A DNA stretch of 64,000 nt from Candidatus Methanomethylophilaceae archaeon (GCA_944320495.1 CALUHR010000005.1:192001-256000); one strand, 5' to 3'. Shown: positions 9,801 to 20,588, numbered from the stretch's first letter. Notes: generated by a model from the letters alone, not told the origin. Numbers and translations: made by a program.

Positions 9801-11659
9801 TCGGAGAGGGTCGTGTTGCTGTTGACGTTGACGGTGGCCTTGGTGTTCTTGACAATCTCGGAGTCGGCACGGATGGCACCATTCTCGTCGAAGAATCCGG
9901 CGGCCATGGTGGTGTCCGCGTTGTCCTTGAGTCCGTATCCGACCATGACGGTACCGTCGATGTTGGCGGTGCCCTCGATGTTGAGGGTTCCGTAGGCGAC
10001 GGACAGGACGGCTCCCTCCTCGACGGTCAGGGTGCCCTCGACGTTGGCGGTTCCGAATCCGATCCTGGTCTTGTCGGTTCCGCACTCGGATCCTCCGATG
10101 ATGAGGACTCCGCCCTCCTCGATGACGAGGTTTCCGAGGACGTTCAGGGTTCCGGGGACGACGATGACGTTGCCATTGGTGATGGTCCAGGTCTGTCCCT
10201 CAGGTACGGTGAGATTCTGCTTGGCAGGGTACCAGTTGGTATCGATGCTGTCTCCGTACACGATCTGCTCGGAGGTGTTGTTGTTGACGTATCCGGGGGC
10301 CTCGACGGCGACTCCCATGTTACCGGAGGTGTCGTTGGTGACGGATCCGGATCCGGTGATGGCGGTGGTTCCGGTGACGTCGGCGCTGTTGGTGAACCTG
10401 CCCTCGACGTTCAGTCCCTTTCCGTATCCGGTGTCGACGGTTCCCCTGTTCCTCAGGTTGTCGGCGACGGTGATTCCGTCCGCTCCGGCAGAGAGGGTGA
10501 CTTTCTCGCTGACGGTGTTGGTTCCGGTGAGGGTGGTTCCGTTCAGCTCGTAATCGGCGGCATTCTTGGCGGCGCCGGCCCCGGTGGAGGCGAGGAAGGT
10601 GGCTCCGTCGATGGTACCTCCGGTGACGGTAGGCATGGCAGCGTCAGTGGTATCCTCTTTGATGTCTCCGTTCCAGTCCTCTGCGACCTTGACGGTGTCG
10701 GCGGAAATCTTGGAGTCATCGTCCATGGTGACTGCGGAACCGGTGTAGAGGATGACACCAGCCCTGCTGGCGTTGTTGTCCTTGTTGGCGTCGTTGACTT
10801 CGAAGGTGGAGTTGTCGGTGGTGACTTTTCCCTTGAAGGCGAGTCCCTGGACGTTGGCACCGTTGACGGTGTAGGCCAGGTTGGCGATGTTGGAGCCGTC
10901 GGCGGCGACGAGTCCGACCTCGACATCGTTCATGACGATGGTGTTGGCGGTGCCGGTGGTGGTGATGACGGTGTCCATGAAAGCGGCGGTGCCGTTGCAA
11001 ACGAGGTCGGCGTTCTCCAGCTTGAGGTTGGAGACTTTGCCCTCGCCGGTGGCGGCGATCCAGGTGGATCCGGATCCGCCGGAGACGACGGAGCCGGACT
11101 GGGACAGGGTCAGGTCGGCGTTCTTGACGCTGACGGTGGCGGTGTATCCGCCGGTGGTACCGTACTGGCTGTTGAAGATGGAGTCGGTACGGTTGTTGTC
11201 GGTGGCGTTGTCGAGGTAGACGCTGGCGTTCTCGACGTTGAAGGAGAGGTTGTCGGCATTGAAGTAGACAACCGTGGAGTAGTTGTTGGTTCCGCTGGTG
11301 ACCGTGGTTCCATCGGTGGTGATGAAGAGGTTGTAGTTCTTTCCCTCAGCGGATTTAATTGTAAGGTTTCCTGCAAGGACGAATGCAACATTCGCGGCAT
11401 CGGCATCAGAGCCGATGTCGTTAGTGAGGGTGATGGTTGCACCCGCAGCAGGCACCTCGATGATGCCGTTGGTGGCCAGAGCCTCGAGCTCGGCAACACT
11501 GCCGACCTCTTTCTCTCCGCTGAGCTCTTTGCCCGCGACGGGGTCGTAAGCATCGGCGGAGGGGGCCGCGACAACTGCCACGGCGCACACGACCATCAGC
11601 ATGGCGATGACGGCGGCGAGCAGTTTGCCGTTGTTTTTGTTCATATTCGAAGATATCAT
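6809..11659 (-). CDS. Giant adhesin/S-layer-like protein 2 (1616 aa, subfamily B)
   Basis: True start MISSNMNKNNGKLL at 11659 (the ORF track extends it upstream). Same C-terminal domain and TM anchor as the paralogs. Confidence 0.9.
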   Translation of the reverse strand: MISSNMNKNNGKLLAAVIAMLMVVCAVAVVAAPSADAYDPVAGKELSGEKEVGSVAELEALATNGIIEVPAAGATITLTNDIGSDADAANVAFVLAGNLTIKSAEGKNYNLFITTDGTTVTSGTNNYSTVVYFNADNLSFNVENASVYLDNATDNNRTDSIFNSQYGTTGGYTATVSVKNADLTLSQSGSVVSGGSGSTWIAATGEGKVSNLKLENADLVCNGTAAFMDTVITTTGTANTIVMNDVEVGLVAADGSNIANLAYTVNGANVQGLAFKGKVTTDNSTFEVNDANKDNNASRAGVILYTGSAVTMDDDSKISADTVKVAEDWNGDIKEDTTDAAMPTVTGGTIDGATFLASTGAGAAKNAADYELNGTTLTGTNTVSEKVTLSAGADGITVADNLRNRGTVDTGYGKGLNVEGRFTNSADVTGTTAITGSGSVTNDTSGNMGVAVEAPGYVNNNTSEQIVYGDSIDTNWYPAKQNLTVPEGQTWTITNGNVIVVPGTLNVLGNLVIEEGGVLIIGGSECGTDKTRIGFGTANVEGTLTVEEGAVLSVAYGTLNIEGTANIDGTVMVGYGLKDNADTTMAAGFFDENGAIRADSEIVKNTKATVNVNSNTTLSDSSSLYQVDGAKIVVAQDVTLTLEGQFKDKVTFDNSGAIIIDSEPTDIDSNLLPCQVNININMMADGASVEVQKLAMATGGYLYITDASLIVKDEQTIGSTAGVTANGLGFSSSGTNSTISGLTVVENFSVKKVDGVDKITNVMDISGSIAADYNGNDNGNPAAVVELGQGNFTVSAAENDAAALSIGENTKLTISSTAKLTVSGYVPVSDKALNNGIVSTGTITLADAGHIYMPEFEIGGTVNAAHYVTKVNADDYSNYVTVDEAIAAANADSTIDEITLYGTNTVLTSATVPAIDFTFKDDKTVLNIGDEDNRDVRLDIAAGATYGRVGTTNVLGTLYFNDRTDLKAAETTIKADVVSKQVDADGKLTKNGWAKYTNIYTAMTEATAGDVINVFDATKVTLDKDFTVKEGVTLVIPFDSQIVINNGVTLTVAGTLQSDRPNEGIVAEKQFATKATTEKDKEASAIVVTGTLKVMEDVVYEASNTTKNTLDDGSYISGAYFTDGDYNYVTTVATAVSAAVLPTVLDEIVIYGTVSEGDTTFTATDDCAVIKIGAKAEVTLTSLVLANGAQLDSDAAGVFSGTVTVGDASIEAVKVKGLDVDSENGLVITGANVNYPDPNDKNTPKKNLATLNVTAGTVIVSSANAATAAVTGDVTVDADATLTVPATSTSVSATYGTIDGKLFVAGTVTVAGGQTLTVDDLFVAGTVTVAAADGTNSNGNLRIVNGIMYVGLDDEFAVTSTSAAVNGTVGCDTIYAAAGTTVAVDEDVFDNSTEYYVEDALWITAYTSEPALGIDGDTLENTIKAAVPVENAWFNGTWLDADGVSANEKSVGQVAAVYAQVKYDVYVINLRADQNAISSISIDNNIMQFGMISDGKGSFFYGYTAVVEAGAHTISYQLANGYSGQGVLSVDGVQQSGLTFTAEGELSTVSGYDSPVKVYNLQLSGFEKSGYVPDSPDTGDSDSGETGMTITDYLLIVLVVLIIVMAIIVAMRLMRS

Positions 11660-12095
11660 AGATACATTTGGTTCCCCGCCGAAAGAAAGAAGAACAGATG
11701 TGCCAGCACCATTCGGAAACCATCGGATGAGGACCCCAAGATACCAATTCCAACCCCTTCCAGGACCGTGTCGGCAGGGACCAGCATCCATTCAGGAACA
11801 GAACACGGGCCCGATACGTGTCAGACCCATTGGATGTCCGAATGCACGGGCCCCCGTCGGACGAACGGGGGCGATGATGAGGAAGTCTCGGATCAATCCC
11901 TCTTCGATCCGAGGAAGGCATGGGGTTTGCGATACTCGTCAAACGCGGGCTCGGGGATTTCCTGGAATTGAATTCCAGTTTTCTCCCGAGAGGGGCATGC
12001 CGACACATCCCCCTCGCATGTCTGCCATTCACTGGGCGTAGTGTCCTGGGACGGCGGATCAGCGACCTGGAAGGCACCCCGGCATACGTTTCGGA

Positions 12096-13304
12096 TTATT
12101 CCCCGCCGTCGTCCAGTAGCCAGTCCACGATGTTCCTGTGCCTTATCCCGCCCTCTATGGGCACCAGGAACGAATCCAGGGAGAGTACGGTCTTGGGGTA
12201 GCTGTCGCCCACGTCCCTCAGGGACCTGACCTCCCTCTCGTAGACGTCCTCGGGCAGCATCGTCTGCGTGACCTGGAAGTATTCCACCCCGCCGTTCCTC
12301 ACGGCCGTGAAGTCGACCTCCCTGTCCCTGTAGCTCCCGACCATCACCCTGTACCCCCTTCTGATGAGTTCCAGGTACACCAGATTCTCCAGCTGCCTGC
12401 TTATGTCGTTGCCGGCGGCCAGGCCCAGGGCGGTGTTCCTTATTCCCGTGTCCGACACGTAGTACTTCTCGCGGGTCTTCAGGAGCTTCTTCCCGCGTAT
12501 GTCGTACCTAGGGACCTTGTAGATCAGGAAGGCGTCCTCCAGCGCCCTCAGATAGCGACCGATCGTGTTGGGGGATGCCTTGACGGTATCGGCGATGTTC
12601 TTGCGGCTGGTGAGGTTCCCGATGTTGGACATCACGAACCTCACGATGTTCTCGAAGCGCACCTGGTCCCTAACGCCGATATGGGTCTGGATGTCCTTCC
12701 TCACCACGGTGTTGTAGATCCCAAGGAGGAGGTCGGAGGTGTACTGCTCGTCCCTGTCCAGCTCGACCGCTGGGAGGGAGCCGGTCCAGATGTACTGCTG
12801 GAGCCTCCTGTTCCTGTCCTCCTTCGGTGTTGGAGGATTGAGCTCGAGGAACTCCGAGAAGGAGAGCGGCAGCATCCTGATCTCCACATAGCGGCCGGAG
12901 ATGTAGGTGGCAAGGTCCGAGGACAGGAGGTACGCGTTCGAGCCCGTCACATATATGTCAGCGTCATAGTCCACCTGGAGGGAGTTGATGGTCCTCTCCC
13001 ATCCCTTCACCCTCTGGACCTCGTCCAGGAAGACGTAGGTCCTGTCCGTCGGCATCCTGTCGGCGAGCCATGAGTTGAGGGCCTTGGAGTCCGTTATGTC
13101 CTCGAACTGCTTCGACTCCAGGTTGGCGTAGACTATATGATCCTCCGCGACGCCCTCGGACCTGAGACGGTCCATGTACTGCATCATCAGCGTGGACTTG
13201 CCGCAGCGGCGCATGCCGGTGACCACCTTCACGACGTCGGTGTCGTCCCTGCCTTCCTCCAGCCTCTCCAGGTAGCGGCGGCGGAGGACCATCTTTCCTT
13301 TCAT
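12096..13304 (-). CDS. AAA+ superfamily ATPase (AAA_14 + DUF4143 type)
   Basis: Walker A GMRRCGKS, Walker B VFLDEVQ, VTGSNAYLLSS, KYYVSDTGIRN, LENLVYLEL and EVDF motifs. Confidence 0.9.
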   Translation of the reverse strand: MKGKMVLRRRYLERLEEGRDDTDVVKVVTGMRRCGKSTLMMQYMDRLRSEGVAEDHIVYANLESKQFEDITDSKALNSWLADRMPTDRTYVFLDEVQRVKGWERTINSLQVDYDADIYVTGSNAYLLSSDLATYISGRYVEIRMLPLSFSEFLELNPPTPKEDRNRRLQQYIWTGSLPAVELDRDEQYTSDLLLGIYNTVVRKDIQTHIGVRDQVRFENIVRFVMSNIGNLTSRKNIADTVKASPNTIGRYLRALEDAFLIYKVPRYDIRGKKLLKTREKYYVSDTGIRNTALGLAAGNDISRQLENLVYLELIRRGYRVMVGSYRDREVDFTAVRNGGVEYFQVTQTMLPEDVYEREVRSLRDVGDSYPKTVLSLDSFLVPIEGGIRHRNIVDWLLDDGGE

Positions 13305-13597
13305 GATACTGAAAGGAACCGCTGAAGTTTATATTTGTTTCAGTCAACTGAAAACTTATCAGAGATTTGATAGTTGTTTCAGTTGAATGAAATAAAATGT
13401 TTGGGAATCGGACATGATGCATGATATCCCGTCCCTGATTCCATGGGCGGATCCGTTCGGGACGGTCGATGCCCGTATGTGCGGATCCCGACTCACCAGA
13501 GGATGCATTCCTCGGTGGGCCAGGTGAAATTGGGATTCGCGGCCTCGATATTGAATTGAGCAGCCTCACGCGCGATACCGCTCAACTCAAATCATAA

Positions 13598-14812
13598 TCA
13601 ATAATCTGACCACTTGAAATTCGGATTATTCTTTTTGATCAAGTCAGAATAGTGTGCAGCATCGCATATTGCATATACATAAGAGATGACAAAGGTCAGT
13701 TCTGTCACAACATAGAGATTCGTCAGATACTTGTCAGGGTTTATCTTCCTCTGCCCGATTTGATATATATCAGTATTCCACCATTCGTGCGCTAACCTAT
13801 CACGGATGTCGTCAGGAAAATCATCCGTCTTGTTTTTTGAGTCCTCATCTGTTCTGGAGTCCCGACTCATATCTGTCTTGGATTCTGCACTCTTATCGAG
13901 CAAGAAGTGTTCGTTGAGCCATCCTAATATTACATTACTATTGGTCAAGCGTTTGATTACTTCCCTGGTTCTCGGCCATCTGGATTCAACTTGATTGATG
14001 ATAGTTACTCTGAGAGCCATGTCATACGTTGCATTATTGATCCCGACTTGTCCGGACAGAACCGGTTCGACATCTCTAATCAATTTTTCCAAATAATGGC
14101 TGACATCGTCTGGGAAATCAAGAATGTGAATCTTTTGGGCGACTCTCAAAGCTATTTCTTGTATCGCCTCAGTGCTGACTGTCATACGAAAATCTACTTC
14201 TTCGTTTCCGCCGTGTCTGTTTTCGAAACATATCACATTCTCGCCTATCTTTACGTTATTATGCATGACTGCATGTCTGATATCGACCAGGATCGGATTC
14301 GGGCTGTCGTGATTGAAGAGCGGGAAGCACTCATCAAACGGCCTCAATGATTCTTTGCATTTTCCGTTTTTGCGATAAGCAATCATTCCGACAGAACTGA
14401 GAAACAGAATAGAAACCAAAGCTGGGTCACCCTCGTATCTAAAATCAACACTGGATCCCATGAATCCCAAAAGTCTGTTCATGAAGCTGGTGTTGTCAAT
14501 CACAGGGACTGGGAGTTTTACCTTGCGTCCATGTTTAGGTACATATTGAGCCCATAAGTTGTTGTTCAGATAACTGACTATCCAATTCATGCCGAAGCGG
14601 GAAGTAAGGCACTCGTCTAATGGTATCAGAAGAGTCTCAGCAGGCACATCCTTGACCAATCCTCTTTTATAGTAACTGAAGATAACGTCGAGTTCCACTA
14701 AACCCTTCCAACACCCGATGCTGGACATGAATTCCATGACAGTCTTGATGGCAGGACCTAAATTAGGTTCCAGGCCCTTGTTCATCAGTTCTATCGATCT
14801 GTCGTTTGACAT
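13598..14812 (-). CDS. Low-GC hypothetical protein with two RxxxxH (HEPN-like) motifs
   Basis: 404 aa; RHAVMH (14261-14278) and RDRLAH (13787-13804); visibly AT-richer than the flanks; TTTAAG box upstream. Confidence 0.65.
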   Translation of the reverse strand: MSNDRSIELMNKGLEPNLGPAIKTVMEFMSSIGCWKGLVELDVIFSYYKRGLVKDVPAETLLIPLDECLTSRFGMNWIVSYLNNNLWAQYVPKHGRKVKLPVPVIDNTSFMNRLLGFMGSSVDFRYEGDPALVSILFLSSVGMIAYRKNGKCKESLRPFDECFPLFNHDSPNPILVDIRHAVMHNNVKIGENVICFENRHGGNEEVDFRMTVSTEAIQEIALRVAQKIHILDFPDDVSHYLEKLIRDVEPVLSGQVGINNATYDMALRVTIINQVESRWPRTREVIKRLTNSNVILGWLNEHFLLDKSAESKTDMSRDSRTDEDSKNKTDDFPDDIRDRLAHEWWNTDIYQIGQRKINPDKYLTNLYVVTELTFVISYVYAICDAAHYSDLIKKNNPNFKWSDY

Positions 14813-15123
14813 GATATTTCCTCTCTGCCATCTGGTTGAGGATGTGCTTGCGCATCATTCTCTGATGGATAGGAATGTACATACATCCTTAGTTCTTAAA
14901 GTATTGCATATTTGAATACGATAGATACTACTGTAGTAGTATGTATTGTATAGGCACACAGGTGGTCACAGATTGCATACAGCACGGTATGACAGCTAAA
15001 GGCCATCTGAAATCATCTTCTCGACTTTGACCGCTTTATGATTGGATGATAATCCAACTGAACAGTTTCCATATGCACGTACTGGAACTGGACACAATTC
15101 GAAGTAACGAACCAAATGTCTCT

Positions 15124-18100
15124 ATGATATCTTCGAATATGAACAAAAATGCGGGAAAATATCTCGCTGCGGCCATCGCCATGCTCATGATTGTGTGCGC
15201 TGTGGCCGTCGTGGCGATGCCGTCCGAGGCTGACGCCGCAACCGTCCCCGAGCTGGAGACCCCCAGCTTCGCCGACGATGCCAAGGCCACCTCTCTCGAC
15301 GGACTCACCACTGCTCTCGAGAAATACGATGCCGTCGCCGTCACTGGCCCCATCACCATTTCTGGAGGGCAGCCTTTCGAGCTCAAAGAGGGCAAATCCC
15401 TCTACATCATCGACAGTGGAAAGGTCACCGTCAACGGTGGAAACCTCACCATCGACGGAACCGTCTACAACCAGGTCGGAACCAGCGATGCCAATTCCGG
15501 TATTGCATACCAGAGCGGAACCATCACCGTCAACGGAATCATCTACAGCGTGAGCGCTGTCAATACCACGGGGATTCTCACCCAGAGCCCCGTCATCAAC
15601 GCCTACTTCACCAGCATCGACGACGCCGTCGAGGGAGCCACCGGCTACCAGCACATCTACGGCGGAGACCTCGCCACCGTCGCTGGCTATGCCGTCGACA
15701 ACGAGTACACCAGCGGCCTGAGCGGCAAGTACGTCATGGCCTACGGTACCCAGGAGATCACCGGAACCGTCAACATGGCCGGTGTCGGACTGGTCGTCGG
15801 ATCAACTGGACTCAACAGCACGCTGACTATCGCCGAGGACGCCGTCGTCATCGCCAGCTCCTTCACCGCCCAGAGCGGAAGCACCATCACCTACAACGGA
15901 CTGGCCTTCGACCTCCCCGAGGGAGCCTCGGCCAGCTACGCCAACAACACCATGACTATCTCCGGAACCCTGGTCGCCGCCGCTGCCGACGACGACTGCG
16001 AGGATGGAAAGTTCTCCGGAATCTTCACCGACAGGGCCGCCGGATACGCGTTCATCCAGATCAACGGTCTCCAGAACGTGATCGGAGAGAACACCGTCAC
16101 CATCAAACAGACCAACAACGCCCTGGAGGAGGTCTACACCGGAAACCATCAGGACAACATCCATGAGGTTGTTGACGGCACTTGGTACAAGTTCGACTCG
16201 TACACCGCCGATGAGGTCGATCAGGGATACGCCTTCCTCGTCCCCAAGTCCGGCAACGTGACCGTCGAGGTCGGAGAGACCACCTACACCTTCAACTTCT
16301 CCGGCGTCACCAACGCCGCCGAGTTCGATGCTCCCGCCGCGACCGAAGTCGCCGACGCATTCAGGGCCGGCAACACCCTCGTCACCCTCAACGGTGTGGC
16401 TAACAATGCGATCTACGACGTCCCCGCCAACGCGACCCTCGTCATCAACAACGTCACTGCGAATCAGACCTTCAGCATCTCCACCACCGTGGTCGGAGAG
16501 ACTGCACCCCAGTCCGTTGAGATCAGCGGAGCCAACATCAGCTCCATGACCGTCAACCAGGGATCCGTCACCCTCAAGGACGTCGTCATCGACTACGACA
16601 TCAACGCTTCTCAGAAACCGGTGATTACCGTCGATGCCAACACCAACCTGAAGTTCACCGGCAAGATCTCCGTCACCGGAGACCTCACCATCGACGCCAC
16701 CGCCTCCAACGCCGTCGTCGACGTCCTGAGGAGCGCCGAGATCACCCTCGTCGAGTACAAGAACGCCGCAGGTGCGACCGTCCAGTCCACCATCACCTTC
16801 GTCGGCGGAGAGGTCAACATCAAGGGATCCATCCTCGGCGGAGAGATCATCGCCGGAAACGGATCCACCGTCACCATCGACGGAACCGTCACTTCCGACA
16901 TCAGCAACACCGGTGGAACCATCATCAACAACTCCGCTACCGCCGGAACCATCACCCTGTCCGACGGATCCATCGTCGACAACAGGACCTCCGTCAACGG
17001 TTCCATCTCCCAGGAGATCATCGTCTCCGGAGAGGTCACCGTCGTCGCCGGCGGTCACATCACCGTCAACGGACTCCTGACCATCCAGGAGGGAGCCACC
17101 CTCGTCCTCGAGCAGGGAGCCACCCTCGAGATCAACGCCTCCGGTAACGTCGTCAACAACGGAACCATCAGCGTCGAGGCCGAGGCTGACAACGATGACA
17201 TGATCTTCACCTACGCCGGAAGCAGCATGGCGATCAACGGAACCCTCAACCTCGAGGGTAAGAACGCCTTCAAATCCACTGGAAAGGGAATCACCGTCTC
17301 CGGAGACATGAACGTCGGAGACGACGCCACCGCCGACATCGACGGACTCGTCGTCGCCGCGGGCGGAGAGCTCAACGTCAACGGAGAGATCGCCGGCGAG
17401 TTCACCAACAACGGAACCGTCACCATCGACTCCGAGGTCGCTCCCAAGACCACCCTCACCGACGGAAAGAACGTCAAGATCTTCATGCGCGACGGAGCCG
17501 TCCTGAACCTCGTCAACGCCGATGGTGAATACACCGTCACCGACGCTGGAATGAAGTTCAGAAACTCCGACGGAAAGGACGTCTCCATCGCCGACGACAA
17601 GGATGCATCCGTCACCTTCACCGATGTCTCCGGAGTCACCGTCACCGAGTCCCTCATCGTCAAGATGGAGCCCGCTGGCTCTACCAACGCCACCAGGGTC
17701 GGATACGGCAACATGGCCATCAGCGGAGCCGCCGATGTCGCCAGCACCCTCGCGACCACCGCCAACACCGGTGCCACCATCGCCATCACCGATGGAACCG
17801 TCAACGTCGCCGCCGAGACCGAGCTGACCCTCGCCGAGAACGTTAACATGACCATCGCCGGAACCCTGGCCGTCGCCGGATCCGTCGACGCCACCGACGA
17901 TAAGGCCGGCATCACCGGTGCCAACCTCACCGTCACCGGGACCGTCACCTCCGACGTGGAGCTCGACCAGATCACCAACATCCTGGCCGCCGTCTACGAG
18001 AGCGGAACCGGAAGCTCCAAGGTCTTCACCTACACCACCCTGGCCGCCGCCATCGCCGCGGGAGCCGACGACATCGAGCTCCTCGGGGCCTACGTCATCG

Positions 18101-20181
18101 ACGAGGACATCACCATCCCCGCCGGGGTCGAGGTCGACGCCAACACCGCCGACGAGAGGGTCCTGATCAAGGAGGACGTCACCGTCACCGTCGCCTTCGA
18201 CGCCGCCGCCAACAGCAGCGGTAAGTTCACCAACGGCACCGTCGTCATCGACGTCGACGGAACCCTCATCACCGAGCACCTCAAGAAGAGCAACGTGAAG
18301 GAGAACGCCGTCGAGAGCGATGTCACCACCAAGAACGGCGACTACGCCAAGTTCACCAGCATCTACAACGCCCTCGCCGAGGCCCAGCCCGGCGACGTCG
18401 TCACCGTCACCACCACCGAGAAGATCACCATCAAGAAGGACATCACCATCCCCGCCGGAGTCACCCTCTCCGTCCCCTACGCCGACATCGATGTCGACAA
18501 GGGAGTCACCGTCACCGTCGACGGAACCTATGAGGGAGACACCAAGTACACGATGCTCCCCGGAGCCGAGGACGACCCGACCCAGACCATCGTCAACGGA
18601 ATGTTCAAGCTCCTCGGAAGCACCAGCCAGTACACGACCACCGCCAACAACGTCAACCTCATCGCGGGAGCCTACTACTCCTACGACGGCTACTATGTCA
18701 TCTCCCCGCTGTCCGTCCTCGCCACCGTCATGGCCGACGTCGACGGAGAGAGCGCCATGGTCTACGGAACCGTCACCGAGGGAGACGTCGCCCTGACCTC
18801 CGAGGACTTCACCCTCTACGTCATGGACAAGGCCGTCCTGACCCTCAGCAGCCTGGCCCTCGACGGAGTCGACTTCGACTTCCAGAACGGAAGGACCAGC
18901 GCCACCGTGACAGTCGCCGACGGAACCTTCGTCCTCGACAAGGTCAAGGGAGGAATCATCACCACCGTCTCCGAGACCAAGAACGACGTCACCACCGTGA
19001 CCGCCGTCCTCCGTGGAACCCTCACCGATGCGCCCGCCATCACCACCACCGAGAAGGTCGACGGATCCGTCACCGTCTCCGGCACCGCCCAGATCGGACT
19101 GACCGGCGTCGCCGCCACGAACGTCGCCGTCGAGACCGAGATCGCCGCCGAGGCCTCTGTCGCAGCCGTCAACGCCGGATTCGCCGGAAAGGTCACCGTC
19201 ACCGGGACCCTCACCGTCGAGAGCGCCAACGTGACCTTCGGAACCATCGAGGTCTCCGGAATCGTCAGCGTCGCCAAGGATTGCAGCGCCACTGCCGACA
19301 AGATGTACGTCGGAGTCACCCAGGTCGACAGCACCGGTGCCGACGACGGAATCGTCACCGACCTCGGATCCGGAGCCGTCTCCGGAGTCGAGCTTGACGC
19401 GGTTGCATCCCCTTCTGTCGACACCAACGTCGTCTACGTCAGCCCCAACGCCACCTTCACCCCCGTGGAGGACCAGGCTGCCGACGGAACCGATGCCCTC
19501 GTCTCCACCGAGTACTACATCGAGGACGCCCTGTTCGTCACCGCCTACGCCAACAACGGCAACGAGGTCAGGATCGACGATGTCAAGGCCACCATCACCA
19601 ACGCCTACTTCGCCGGATGGGCCAACGAGGACAACCAGTTCGCGTTCGTCGACAATGGAAACAAGGCAGACACCATCCGCCACGTCGGAGAGGACAACTT
19701 CGAGCAGGTCTACGCCGACATCGAGTACGACATCTACGTCATCAACCTCAGGGCCGACCAGAACGCCGTCTCCAGCATCAGCATCGATGGCAACATCATG
19801 CAGTTCGGAATGATCTGGGACACCACCGTTGCCGATGGATACTACTACGGCTACACCGCCGTTGTCGCCGCCGGCAGCCACACCATCAGCTACCAGCTGG
19901 CCAACGGATACTCCGGAAACGGAGTCCTCACCGTCAACGGCACCCAGCAGAGCGGACTGACCTTCACGACCGAGGGAACCCCCGAGGTCGGCAAGCAGAC
20001 CATCAGCTACAACCTCCAGCTGACCGGCTTCGAGAAGTCCGGCTACGTGCCCGACTCCCCCGACACCGGAAGCGACTCCGGCGACTCCGGAATGACGATC
20101 ACCGACTACCTCCTGATCGTCCTCGTCGTCCTCATCATCGTCATGGCCATCATCGTGGCCATGAGGCTCATGAGGAGCTGA
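15124..20181 (+). CDS. Giant adhesin/S-layer-like protein 3 (1685 aa, subfamily A)
   Basis: Start MISSNMNKNAGK at 15124. Central region is homologous to protein 1 and the C-terminus is conserved. Confidence 0.9.
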   Translation: MISSNMNKNAGKYLAAAIAMLMIVCAVAVVAMPSEADAATVPELETPSFADDAKATSLDGLTTALEKYDAVAVTGPITISGGQPFELKEGKSLYIIDSGKVTVNGGNLTIDGTVYNQVGTSDANSGIAYQSGTITVNGIIYSVSAVNTTGILTQSPVINAYFTSIDDAVEGATGYQHIYGGDLATVAGYAVDNEYTSGLSGKYVMAYGTQEITGTVNMAGVGLVVGSTGLNSTLTIAEDAVVIASSFTAQSGSTITYNGLAFDLPEGASASYANNTMTISGTLVAAAADDDCEDGKFSGIFTDRAAGYAFIQINGLQNVIGENTVTIKQTNNALEEVYTGNHQDNIHEVVDGTWYKFDSYTADEVDQGYAFLVPKSGNVTVEVGETTYTFNFSGVTNAAEFDAPAATEVADAFRAGNTLVTLNGVANNAIYDVPANATLVINNVTANQTFSISTTVVGETAPQSVEISGANISSMTVNQGSVTLKDVVIDYDINASQKPVITVDANTNLKFTGKISVTGDLTIDATASNAVVDVLRSAEITLVEYKNAAGATVQSTITFVGGEVNIKGSILGGEIIAGNGSTVTIDGTVTSDISNTGGTIINNSATAGTITLSDGSIVDNRTSVNGSISQEIIVSGEVTVVAGGHITVNGLLTIQEGATLVLEQGATLEINASGNVVNNGTISVEAEADNDDMIFTYAGSSMAINGTLNLEGKNAFKSTGKGITVSGDMNVGDDATADIDGLVVAAGGELNVNGEIAGEFTNNGTVTIDSEVAPKTTLTDGKNVKIFMRDGAVLNLVNADGEYTVTDAGMKFRNSDGKDVSIADDKDASVTFTDVSGVTVTESLIVKMEPAGSTNATRVGYGNMAISGAADVASTLATTANTGATIAITDGTVNVAAETELTLAENVNMTIAGTLAVAGSVDATDDKAGITGANLTVTGTVTSDVELDQITNILAAVYESGTGSSKVFTYTTLAAAIAAGADDIELLGAYVIDEDITIPAGVEVDANTADERVLIKEDVTVTVAFDAAANSSGKFTNGTVVIDVDGTLITEHLKKSNVKENAVESDVTTKNGDYAKFTSIYNALAEAQPGDVVTVTTTEKITIKKDITIPAGVTLSVPYADIDVDKGVTVTVDGTYEGDTKYTMLPGAEDDPTQTIVNGMFKLLGSTSQYTTTANNVNLIAGAYYSYDGYYVISPLSVLATVMADVDGESAMVYGTVTEGDVALTSEDFTLYVMDKAVLTLSSLALDGVDFDFQNGRTSATVTVADGTFVLDKVKGGIITTVSETKNDVTTVTAVLRGTLTDAPAITTTEKVDGSVTVSGTAQIGLTGVAATNVAVETEIAAEASVAAVNAGFAGKVTVTGTLTVESANVTFGTIEVSGIVSVAKDCSATADKMYVGVTQVDSTGADDGIVTDLGSGAVSGVELDAVASPSVDTNVVYVSPNATFTPVEDQAADGTDALVSTEYYIEDALFVTAYANNGNEVRIDDVKATITNAYFAGWANEDNQFAFVDNGNKADTIRHVGEDNFEQVYADIEYDIYVINLRADQNAVSSISIDGNIMQFGMIWDTTVADGYYYGYTAVVAAGSHTISYQLANGYSGNGVLTVNGTQQSGLTFTTEGTPEVGKQTISYNLQLTGFEKSGYVPDSPDTGSDSGDSGMTITDYLLIVLVVLIIVMAIIVAMRLMRS

Positions 20182-20588
20182 TCGCGAACCATCCAACAAC
20201 CTGAAGAGGAAACCCCGAGGGGTCCGCAAGGACCTCTCCCAAGGGATGGGCTGAAAGCAGACGAATCATCCCGTAACCTGAACAGGAAACCCCGACGGCC
20301 GGAACATGGCCGTCCCGCCGATCCGGTGCCGCCGAGAGCGGCACCCGGTCGGCACAGCATTCTCCCGATCCGTCGGATCGGACTTGCCATCGTTCTCCCG
20401 AACCGTCCATTCGGTTCAGTCATTGAGGAAGAAGGACCCCTCCGCTCTCGGAGGGTCGGCCCCCTTCGGGACCCGTGTTTGCTCTTCAGGCGATTGGTTG
20501 CTTTCTCTTGCGACTGCGCCCCATCCCTTTGGAGGGGTCCTTGCGGACCCCTCGGGGTTTCCTCTTCAGGTTGTTGGATGGTTCGCGA
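20182..20588. repeat. Structured convergent spacer (copy 2)
   Basis: Homologous to 6395-6808. Its two ends plus the adjoining coding 3' ends form a long near-perfect inverted repeat. Confidence 0.85.
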
